Shown one piece after another: positions 52,421-64,000 of a stretch of 64,000 nt of DNA. The notes beneath the pieces are model-generated. The model worked only from the letters and a program-made list of their open reading frames with translations. It ran no database searches and had not been told where the DNA came from. A program made the translations under genes and the position numbers. Position 1 is the stretch's first letter. The number at the start of each line of letters is the position of its first letter. The stretch comes from Eledone cirrhosa (lineage: Eukaryota), in contig OZ024743.1 of the NCBI GenBank assembly GCA_964016885.1, forward strand, positions 4,402,001 through 4,466,000. Reading direction: 5' to 3'.

Positions 52421-53844
52421 TCGAAAAATCAGTTCCCCTAAAAATGTCAAGAATATTGCTCTTTCCACCTTGATTAAATAATTAAAAAAAATATACTTGT
52501 GTAAATGCTAACACCTCTAATATATTTGACTGTACTTAATGACGCATTCCCTTCATAAATACCAGTAATGTACTGGATAATTGCTGGCCTTGTGCTAAAA
52601 GTAGAAACAGTTATTATCTATATATTTATATAAGTAATTGGAAACAAAAATGAATAACATTGATATAAATTAATATTTTAACTACAAACATCATAAAACA
52701 AAAACGTGTAAACATAAAAAAGATTATCAAAAATAAAAAATTTAATTTACCTTAAACTTTTCTAATTTTTCCATATCAAATTCAATGTTTGGCAAATGAG
52801 GTTTCAAGTCTCTTTTCCCATTTTTTCAATCCATTTCCTGATTTCCCTGCAACACAATAGTCTCTTTCAAACAAGTATTAAGGAAGAAAAGCAATCAGTA
52901 ATAATTTTCTTTCTTACGAAATATTTATTTTCATATATGGTTAGAATTCTTCATACACACTTTTCTCAAACACGTGCGTTTCAAAATCATTTTGTAAATA
53001 TACTTATTATTAGGTTTGGATGAGGAAACTACACAACAAAAAGAAACAAATTTATAAGTATTTTCAGTTCACCAAAGACTTCAACTATGACCAACATATC
53101 ATCTTTCAGTGCCAGACGATACAATTAATAACATTCCAGGTTTGTATATAATATTAAATCACTAATATTATTACATTTTATTAGTTTTTATGCTAAGAAA
53201 ATACGCCTTGCAATGTTTGTAAAATGTAATTTTGATGTTAGAAGAATATATAATACCGTTTGCTTTATCTAGTTTCATATTACTTCCCTGCAATTTCATG
53301 TCATCACATTTAGTTTGTTGATACCAGAAAGATAAGTGATGTCAATACTTTTATTTGAGTAGCTCAGTATAGAAAAATCCAGAATTATGTCAAAGATATC
53401 ATAAAATCGCTAATGACAGTTTTCATTAGAAAGTCACCGAAGTTTGATATGTAGTAAAAGTCATTTAAATTCATGTTCATCCTGTTCGTTCTTATGGTAA
53501 TGTTTCTGAAACAAATACTGATATTCTATAAATGGAGTTTTATTTTATTTACATGGTTATAAATTTACGTTTATTGGACAACGATAAAGAAAGAATGTAT
53601 ACAATAATGATATCCTTAACGATCAGAAATATTTAATCAAAAAATCATATACTACGTGATGCGTCCTGAGGTCTACAAATTATGATACATCCTAGACCTC
53701 TTAAAGGTTGCTATCAACTTCTATGCTTCGGATCGTTTCATTAGGTCGTTGAACTGACACAATATCAGCGTTGTTAACAGCGCTAAGCTACCGAACGTTA
53801 TTTTACTGCATCCAAGAGTTTTGGTTTAGAGGCATTACTAATTG

Positions 53845-54410
53845 TATTTTTTTTATTTTTTTTTATTTTGATGGAAGATAATATTAGAGAAAAGCAATGA
53901 AGAATGGCATGATGCTGAATGAAAATAAAAGTAATATATATAAACATACACATACCGACCATAATTAAATATGGAATGATACGCGATGCCCCCTCCCCCC
54001 CTCCCCAGCCCCGGCGGTCAGAATAGAGAAGGCGTTTCCTCGGAAGACGGCAAGGGAGACGCGCTGGAAAAGCCACTCCAACTCGCGAGGCCAGCTCAGC
54101 GCCTATGGTGGTGAATAGGGAGGTAGCCCTAGAACCGAGGACACCATAAGTCTCCATTGCCAGCGCTACAACCGCAAACCTGTCGGAGAGCGACCAGTAT
54201 TTGAGGAGTTTAGCCTTCTCAGCCCGACGTACAGCAGAACCCGAGTTAATCGCAGACTGCAGAAAGTGTCGGTGCACGTGGCATCCCAGACGAGGGGTTT
54301 GCCACCGCGGAACGGGAAGATGGTCATGCCATCTGGCCTTTTTCCGTCCCCTCGGTCCAGCCCCACCGGCTCGAGCTTGGAAGGGAAACTTGCACCGTCC
54401 AAGCCATGCT
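53845..54410 (-). mobile_element. 3' fragment of a CRE-like (RLE) non-LTR retrotransposon
   Basis: [37 protein letters not shown]...AEKAKLLKY...AMETYGVLG; an A-rich tail on the minus strand at ~53847-53870. Confidence 0.85.
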
Positions 54411-54472
54411 TTATAACCTCTTAAACTTTCTTCTAGCTTTGATTAGACATCAGTATATATGTGTAATATAAT

Positions 54473-54658
54473 TCTTTCTACTTTTGGCACAAGGCCATCA
54501 ATTACCCAGTACATTACTGGTACTTTATTTTATCGCCCCGTAAGGATGAAAGGCGTTTTAACCACGGCGGGATTTGAACTCAGACCATAAAGGGCCGTAA
54601 CTCTTTGCTGCAAAGCATGGCGTCCGACCCTCTACCGATACTGCCAATCCACCGCCCT
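54473..54658 (-). mobile_element. Full-length SINE with target-site duplication
   Basis: tatatgtgtaatataat occurs at 54456-54472 and 54659-54675. Confidence 0.92.
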
Positions 54659-55077
54659 TATATGTGTAATATAATGACATGATAATACTTATAAAGGAGC
54701 TCCCTTTATTTATGTTTTATATAATTTATATTTTCAAGCACTTTCCGTGGTCTGGTAATGATCTAGTTCAAAGTTTACCGGTTTTATGAGGTCAAACTTG
54801 TATCATTATTTTTTATGATAATATATATTATAAATATACATACCAGTCAATCGTTGATTTTGCTGAGAGAGATTGATTACTTTTAACCTGGTGTAGATTT
54901 AAATAATTCATTACCCATTAATTTAGCTAATTATGGCATTGATTTTGTCATGAGATTAAAACCAGTATAAAATAAATACCAGCTTCTTTGTCTTTATATA
55001 TATATGTATATATTATCACGATTTCCATTTGCTAATAGTATCTATCGGCCGTAACTCCAGGTAGAAGGAGCAACGTG

Positions 55078-55122
<45 letters not shown>

Positions 55123-55140
55123 TGTATATATATATATATA

Positions 55141-55195
<55 letters not shown>

Positions 55196-55710
55196 CACGT
55201 TGCTCCTTCTACCTGGAGTTACGGCCGATAGATACTATTAGCAAATGGAAATCGTGATAATATATACATATATATATAAAGACAAAGAAGCTGGTATTTA
55301 TTTTATACTGGTTTTAATCTCATGACAAAATCAATGCCATAATTAGCTAAATTAATGGGTAATGAATTATTTAAATCTACACCAGGTTAAAAGTAATCAA
55401 TCTCTCTCAGCAAAATCAACGATTGACTGGTATGTATATTTATAATATATATTATCATAAAAAATAATGATACAAGTTTGACCTCATAAAACCGGTAAAC
55501 TTTGAACTAGATCATTACCAGACCACGGAAAGTGCTTGAAAATATAAATTATATAAAACATAAATAAAGGGAGCTCCTTTATAAGTATTATCATGTCATT
55601 ATATTACACATATAAGGGCGGTGGATTGGCAGTATCGGTAGAGGGTCGGACGCCATGCTTTGCAGCAAAGAGTTACGGCCCTTTATGGTCTGAGTTCAAA
55701 TCCCGCCGTG
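54563..55710. repeat. Inverted duplication (~515-bp arms) centred on (TA)n
   Basis: 54563-55080 and 55194-55710 appear identical as reverse complements. Confidence 0.93.
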
Positions 55711-55806
55711 ATTAACTTTGCCTTTCATCCTTACGGGGTCGATAAAATAAAGTACCAGTAATGTACTGGATAATTGCTGGCCTTGTGCCTAAAGTAGAAA
55801 CAATTA
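55616..55806 (+). mobile_element. Full-length SINE, probably chimeric
   Basis: The 5' half is identical to the 54473 copy; the 3' half differs at several positions. Confidence 0.9.
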
Positions 55807-55956
55807 TATATATATTGTGCAATTAAGAATTATTTCTGTTTTGTTTATTCTTGTGTTGTTTTGGGATGGCCTTGATTGTTTAGAGTTTTTATTGGTTATC
55901 TCATTGTTCTAGTTATCGTTCAATATGGCAACAACAAGAAAAAATAAATTCTAAAT

Positions 55957-56150
55957 AATGATTTCTACTATAGGCACAAGACCAGAAATTTGGGGGAAAG
56001 AAGAAGTCGATTAAATCGACCCCAGTGCGTTACTGGTATTTTATTTTATCGACCCTCGTAAGGATGAAAGGCAAAGCTAACCTCAGTGGTATTCGAAATC
56101 AGAACGTAAAGGGACGCAACTCTATGGTGCAAAGCATGATGTCCGACGCT
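55957..56150 (-). mobile_element. SINE (longer-tail subfamily)
   Basis: ggcacaagaccagaaatttggggg...gtcgattaaatcgaccccagtg...actggta...atcgaccctcgtaaggatgaaaggcaaag. Confidence 0.88.
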
Positions 56151-56162
56151 AAATAATATCAA

Positions 56163-56206
<44 letters not shown>

Positions 56207-59200
56207 CCTCTCTCTCTCCCCCTCTCTCTCTCTCTCTCCCTCTTATTGTAAAAGTAAAACAAAACCATGACAGTAGTAATTGTACAACAGTAGTAATTGT
56301 ACAACAACACAAAAAACATCCCAGGTGAAAGACATTCTGGTCGCGACAATATCCGAAATCTCTTCCGCAGCACCGAACAAAGTGCTACTGGCTATTCTGA
56401 CAAAGTGAAAGTGACTTGCTATTATCAAAGATCACTTGCAGTGCTTTTAATCGGCTACTACTGATTAGTTTAGAACCAATTGTATGAAAAACGTGAGTAT
56501 CATTGTATGTGTGAAAATCTGAATGACGTGCATGCGTAAGCGAGAAATAGAAGAGTATGTATTTATGTATATGCATGCACATGTATGTGTGAAAAGGTTT
56601 GCATTTGTGTGTGAGTATGTATGTATTTATGTGTGCACATGTGTGTGTATGTATGTTTACGCGTATGTGTATGTACATTCCTATGACTAGATGCTCCTCT
56701 ACATCATGGAAATAATCTAATCTATTATTGTTCTTCACTTAATTAATGAAATCTGTGTATCGTTATAGCCGTAAAAGAGTTTGTCTGTCATATGTAATCA
56801 GTGGAAATTATTTCTAGGTGATCGTTTCCACCACCGTTCCTATCATCAATAAAACCACAATAATGAGTTTATTCTAATGATTTTAGATATACCAACGTTC
56901 TTCAGTGCCTTTAAATGTTCTCTCTACTTAATAATTGTACAGCATTGGTACGTTCAATGTATTAATAAAAAGCGACTATTTTAATGCAAACTAGATTATA
57001 TCTGCAAAACTCCTCGCAAATTGAAACGGTGCCTTATAGTTCTGAAGTTATCCCTCTTGGGTGCTTAAAATCTAAAACAGCAAGAAAGGTAGATAACTCT
57101 AATAAAACCAGCTAAACCGATGTTTATTATACCAAAGACTATGAAGGCATCTTTAAAACCAACTATGATCTCGCTGCCTCTCAAAGATAATTTCACACTT
57201 TCTTGTTTTCTTTTTCGAATATCAAGTATACTTCCTCCAGCATAAGGATCAGCCCTCTTTCTTATTCGAGAGGAGCAAGTCCCTAATCTGAGATGGCATG
57301 CATTGTGATAACTTCTTCGGTGTCAACTTGTTGTCATCAACGATAGATAAACCCAGTATACCCTCCCGCAAAGGAATCGGATGGAAGATGACGAAATACG
57401 AGATATTGACGGACAGATAATTTCTAACACCGTGTGGGGTTGAGACCTATTTGGGATGAAGGTATCACTTGCGGAAAGAATCTTGTGAGCTAAAGTGGCT
57501 GACTAATGCAGCAGATATCGCTGACTGTTCTTTCCGGCAATTCTATTGCTATCCCTTCTGCGAGGCGCAAACCAAACAAGCTATTCAACAGAAAAATTTG
57601 GATTTATTTGTCCTTTTACTCGTGACTTTTGCTCGGTGTAACGACTAATATGTATTGATTGTTTTACATCCATAGAGACCAAAATATATTCACGATTATT
57701 TATGTCTATTTCTTTATCTTTCGATCCATCTTTCTATTTATCTTATCTATCCCAATCTATTTATGCATCTAGTAATCTACCTACCTACTTATTTATTATC
57801 TATCTATTCCTGTAATTATCAATATACATATGTATTTCTGATATATCTATTTGTCTCTGGTTTGCTAAAATGCTTCTGTGGCTTTTGTTGTTTTGCTGTG
57901 GATGATATCTAATTGATCAACAGTTGAAACCAAATCTTCTTGATTTCAGGTATAATGTACCAAAGATTACATTATCGAATGTGTCTTTCTTTTTTCTTTT
58001 ATTGTGGTTTGTGATCTGAGACAATCATGGCTGCTCAGTTAACAGAGTGGATAACAATGTAGAAGCTCCCTCTTCAATTCGCTGGAATTGACATAAGAGA
58101 GTACATGACGATAGTACATGACATAGTAGGTACATGACAACTTCGATAGAAAGTCGAAAATAAGTTTTGTATTACTTACGTTTTTTTTTACATTCTAATT
58201 TCAAACTATAACTTCTCATACAACATAAACACTATATTTACTGTTTCTCGTTATTTTTCAAATTTCATGTATTCGCGTGTATTTACATATGTCAAAATAT
58301 TCGTTTCATATATTTATATGTTTCTTTGTTTCTCTCTGTGTTTTATTTATTTTAATTTCTTTTCTCTTCCCTCACCTTTTTCCCTCATTCACACGCTCTC
58401 TCAATCTCTCTTATTCCCTCTCTATCATCAATTATTCAGCCATCACTCCACTCCACTATTTCTGAAATAATTACTAGTTTTATAGCCATTGGCTACAATA
58501 ACAGTTTACATTTATATATCTGTGAAAGGTCATAATACTAAAACCCAATTTTCTGATACGATCTCTTTCACTGTCACATATTTTAATTTGCCGAATTAAA
58601 TTAATAATGTAGTCATTAAATAACCTTATCATATATGTTCACTTTATTTTGTCTAGACAGATACTACTTTTTGTTTCGTTTTGTTTTAGATGAGAGATAA
58701 GTCGATCGAATCAATCAACGCCAGTATTCGAGCTAATGTAATGCAGCCCTCGATATGTTCAATTGAACTGTTAGAAATAGCAGCCGAATCTTCCTTAAAC
58801 CACACCAGTGTTTAAAAGAAACCAATAAAATTAATAGGATGATAATTTAATTTGAATTCACAGCATTTAGAAATATCACGGGTTTGTCATTGTTCGAATA
58901 CGTTAAATATTAGGTCTTCACGATGAGGTCCGACATGGGATTAAGGAACAACAACTTTTCTTGTTTAATTTCCGTCCCGTGCGATACTGCACGTGGGGGC
59001 CTTCCATATGGGGATTCAGTAGCATTTCATTTTTTTTTTTTTTTTTACGAGAAGTTACTAAACTCTCTCTCAATCAACCATTTCTTTTAAAAAAGAAACG
59101 TTACGAGTGTCCCAGATCCCAGCCCAACGTCTTGTAATCTACTCACAGCTCAATATAGCCGTTTCTGAAAAAGATAAAGAGAGAGATATGGAAGAATAGG

Positions 59201-60561
59201 TCATGGTACCCAACGTTTACTTTATTGACCCTGTAAAAATGAGGGTCAAAGTTGTCCTTTCAAAAACGAACGAAGAATTATTTATACTATTGATGATTTT
59301 GGTGGGGGCTTAGCCTTAGGTCACCTACCAACGAGTGGATCAATGATCTGAAACGTTCCAATCGAGACCATCCACTAGTAGTGCTTTCTAAGGTTTCATT
59401 TTAATGTCTTTTACAATTTTATGACAGTAGTACGTGATTTGAAGGAAATATTTAAATAATATTTCCAGCTGGCTGAGTGACTACATGGAGGCTCTCATTG
59501 TCTCTTCACCCTGGTGTGTATCTAATAGACTGGTAGTTTCATGTGCAAGGGGATTTTAAAGAGCATACCAGCCATCATATGACCCTTATATATTAGAACT
59601 AAAGCTCGTATCACCAACGTTCCCTGGTGGCTTCCTTCACAAGCCCTATGTACGTGTCAGACTTTTCATTGCAGAATACAGAGCTAGTTTTACATAGCAT
59701 TCAATCATGTAATTTTTACAAGACATGGCCTTGTCGGCTAGATAGAGACAAGTTCGCCTCACCTTCTTGGACACTGAGAAGGCAAAGAGCCAGAACAAAT
59801 AATACAGAACATTTTTTCCCACGTTTTAACAATTTAGATTACCCACCACAATGAAATAATAATTCCTTATATCGACTTCGAAAAGATGAAATTCAAAGAT
59901 AACCTCAACGGAATATGAATATGGGTCGTAAAGAACCGAAATGAAATTTGCCCGATTCTCTAACGATTCTACTAATTTTCCGCCTTCGAATGACTGATAT
60001 TTTTATCGAATTGAGAGGATTATTTATGTGTAAGATTACACATTACTCTCTTTAGAAACATGGAGGTGAGTGAGGTGGTCGTGGGTCTTCCGCTGCCTAC
60101 GGTGTTTCTGTTCCCTTACACCAGTATATGGTAAATATTTTTTGCAAAAATCCAACGTCAATTAATTGATTTCACCAAGGACACAATACACGGCCAATGT
60201 AGAGTAGCGAATCAATACCATCTATTTCGATAGACGGGTATCCATGCTATTATATATCTATTCTGCTGGCTGTCACATTGAATGATAATTTTATTGCGTT
60301 ACATTGTAATCAGAAGTATATTTTTTAATCTAATACATATGACAATACTAACAGAACACAATAATAAACATATAGACTACTAAAATGTCTTCTAAAATTC
60401 TGTTTTTTATGATGTCATTTCGTTTATTTTTTTTGTTTATTACTTGTTACATTAAGAAAACAATATTAAAGGAGGTATTCTTATTTTAATTATCTTCAAT
60501 GCAAATATAAAATGTAAATATAGAGTCTAACTTGTTTGATATCATTCATCCCTGTACACAC

Positions 60562-60609
<48 letters not shown>

Positions 60610-61013
60610 ACAAAGATACACGCGAATACAGGTTTGCACACACACACACAGACACACACACACAAACATACACACACGAACACGTTTTTGCTCACACACA
60701 CAAATACATACACACACCAACAGGCGTTTGTACACACACACACATACGCAGACAAACTCCAGTCACAAAACTACTTTTCTAATTTATTAACCAAACTTAA
60801 CAAATGAGATGTTTGTCTCGTCAATAATATATTTTAGACTACTTATATTATACAATTATGGCATCTCTTAACGACGTTTTCCATTTTCATTTATTAAGCA
60901 TGAATGACTCGGCCAGTCATTAATGCGGTCGAGGTTATATTTAATTTAATACTTAATCAATCGTTTATCATTATATCTACTTGTTATCTATTTGCCTCAT
61001 CCTCGCGCTCTCT

Positions 61014-61047
<34 letters not shown>

Positions 61048-61049
61048 AC

Positions 61050-61137
<88 letters not shown>

Positions 61138-61172
61138 AGATTTGAATGGATACAGTTTAGTTGAAAGGAATT

Positions 61173-61291
61173 TATTGACACGTGTTTCTATAACAGTTAC
61201 ATAACCTAAAACAGCTGCTATCTACAAACTTTTAGTTATGCAGACATTCAATATTTCAATGTTATTATTTAATGTCATTTTATCAGAATAA
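61173..61291 (-). ncRNA. Mirror copy of the enlarged hammerhead, core mutated (CTGATAA)
   Basis: Reverse complement of 63460-63577 with G>A in the core. Confidence 0.6.
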
Positions 61292-61849
61292 TATTACTGA
61301 GGACCTATTTAGTTTTTATAGAGAATATTAGGAGGGAGGGGTGAAGTTGTTAGAAGAATAGTTGAAGGAGTGGTTTTTCGATAGCAGTGAGAATTCTTGG
61401 TGGCAGTGAGTAATTAGATTCCCATCTGTTGTTTTGACATTTTTTATAGAATATATTATTGGTTATTTTTCTAAATCTATAGAAGGATTAGAGATAGTAA
61501 AGATATGCGTGGTTGGTTTTGTGTTTGCACTTAATTAACATTCAGACTTAAATTTTTCTTTCAAGTGTACGTATCCTTTCACCCACGCATTCACACACAA
61601 ATATATTTGCACACCTCTACAAAATACATATACTCACAATTCACATATTCATACTTACATATATATATACACATGCATACACATATATATACACACATGT
61701 ATTCATGTACATACATACGCGCTCATGTGTATACATTTTCATACTCAACTTATCTTTATATACACACGTATAGACACACACATATATACATACAGACTCT
61801 AGTCCATGTGTACACACATACACATACATACACATCTATATACACATAT

Positions 61850-61898
<49 letters not shown>

Positions 61899-62773
61899 CA
61901 CTTTAATACATGAATACACTTACATCTAACTATACACATCAAACATATATATATATTTACTTATTTATATACATTTTCACATATATATACATACTTATGG
62001 ACGTTTTTAGACACATTCATTATCGCATATTTGCACCTATTCTCATCAGCATATCTTTCCATTATTAGTGTGGTAATTTAAGGTTATTAATATATGTTGA
62101 GAAGAGATTGTTTTTATATTTTTCTAACTAGATTAAGGTTTATATAGTTGGGGGATGTCCCTCTTTTATGTAATATTCGGCTTGTAGTGGGAAAAAAGGG
62201 TTTTAGTTCTGTGACGGCAGAATAATGTTCGTTCAATTCTGTTATTCAGCAGTTTCTTCTTGTGTGTGATTATGTAATAAATCTCAAGATTACACAATTT
62301 GCAGAAATTTTGGCTCCTGGAAAAGCTTTGGGTTTTAGCTAATTTCTCCCATTTTAGGGTAAACTTTCTGCAAAATGTGTAATCTTGAGATTTATTACAT
62401 AATCACACACAAGAAGAAACTGCTGAATAACAGAATTGAACGAACATTATTCTGCCGTCACAGAACTAAAACCCTTTTTTCCCACTACAAGCCGAATATT
62501 ACATAAAAGAGGGACATCCCCCAACTATATAAACCTTAATCTAGTTAGAAAAATATAAAAACAATCTCTTCTCAACATATATTAATAACCTTAAATTACC
62601 ACACTAATAATGGAAAGATATGCTGATGAGAATAGGTGCAAATATGCGATAATGAATGTGTCTAAAAACGTCCATAAGTATGTATATATATGTGAAAATG
62701 TATATAAATAAGTAAATATATATATATGTTTGATGTGTATAGTTAGATGTAAGTGTATTCATGTATTAAAGTG

Positions 62774-62912
<139 letters not shown>

Positions 62913-63459
62913 ATATGTGTATATAGATGTGTATGTGTGTACACATGGACTAGAGTATGTATGTATATATGTGTGTGTCTATACGTGTGTATATAAAGAT
63001 AAGTTGAGTATGAAAATGTATACACATGAGCGCGTATGTATGTACATGAATACATGTGTGTATATATATGTGTATGCATGTGTATATATATGTAAGTATG
63101 AATATGTGAATTGTGAGTATATGTATTTTGTAGAGGTGTGCAAATATATTTGTGTGTGAATGCGTGGGTGAAAGGATACGTACACTTGAAAGAAAAATTT
63201 AAGTCTGAATGTTAATTAAGTGCAAACACAAAACCAACCACGCATATCTTTACTATCTCTAATCCTTCTATAGATTTAGAAAAATAACCAATAATATATT
63301 ATATAAAAAATGTCAAAACAACAGATGGGAATCTAATTACTCACTGCCACCAAGAATTCTCACTGCTATCGAAAAACCACTCCTTCAACTATTCTTCTAA
63401 CAACTTCACCCCTCCCTCCTAATATTCTCTATAAAAACTAAATAGGTCCTCAGTAATAT

Positions 63460-63577
63460 TATTCTGATGAAATGACATTAAATAATAACATTGAAATATT
63501 GAATGTCTGCATAACTAAAAGTTTGTAGATAGCAGCTGTTTTAGGTTATGTAACTGTTATAGAAACACGTGTCAATA
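63460..63577 (+). ncRNA. Hammerhead motif with a ~90-nt stem II domain
   Basis: tatt CTGATGA a atgaca...tgttat a GAAA cacgtg TC aata. Stem III is the palindrome ACACGTGT with a GUC cleavage triplet. Confidence 0.78.
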
Positions 63578-63759
63578 AATTCCTTTCAACTAAACTGTAT
63601 CCATTCAAATCTTTCTATTTTTCTCCGGATTACTTTTGGAACTACAACTGGAACCGTCGAGCAAACTCTACGTGAGCTGATAATCTACTGTGTGTAATAT
63701 TTATATTACAACACAACGGAAAATACTTTATATATATATATGTATATATATATATGTAT

Positions 63760-63791
<32 letters not shown>

Positions 63792-63813
63792 GTATATATG
63801 TATATGTATATAT

Positions 63814-63896
<83 letters not shown>

Positions 63897-63952
63897 ATAT
63901 ATATGTATATATATGTTATATATATATATGTTATATATATATATATATATAT

Positions 63953-64000
63953 ATTGTTATGCTTTGGGAGGGTCATGTTGCCAATAAAGAATCGCTGCTT
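63953..64000 (-). mobile_element. Penelope-type terminus entering from the window edge
   Basis: Reverse complement tattggcaacatgaccctcccaaagcataacaat matches 25202-25236; abuts (TA)n. Confidence 0.7.

Noticed and set aside
55616-55710. tRNA gene
   Set aside because: A/B boxes are present but no cloverleaf is evident; it continues into the multi-copy SINE body.
56750-60500. Apparently unique region that might hold exons or regulatory DNA
   Set aside because: No convincing ORF or motif; it contains decayed SINE pieces (~58690-58810, 59200-59260, 59860-59986). Nothing supportable by eye.

Overview
AT-rich, microsatellite-dense eukaryotic DNA with no recognisable host protein-coding gene, rRNA, true tRNA gene or CRISPR array. 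The repeat families suggest a cephalopod such as Octopus (inference, not searched). The window is a transposon graveyard. It holds at least six Penelope-like (RT + GIY-YIG) elements or fragments, a nearly full-length RTE-clade LINE whose ORF ends in three C2H2 zinc fingers plus two non-autonomous families derived from such RTEs, and Tx1-like and CR1-like fragments. It also holds three short restriction-like-endonuclease non-LTR remnants, a Tc1 IR/DR transposon, mariner and Tigger relics, many tRNA-type SINEs and a 16 x 36-bp tandem array. The most striking unannotated layer is RNA and DNA structure. About 15 type-I hammerhead-ribozyme motifs from roughly eight sequence families are present, most with a palindromic stem III and two with greatly enlarged stem II. 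They sit in short Penelope-end-like modules that repeatedly occur as asymmetric fold-back (inverted) or tandem units between (TA)n tracts. A separate class of inverted duplications is centred on (TA)n itself. All calls come from reading the sequence by eye; no searches or folding programs were run.
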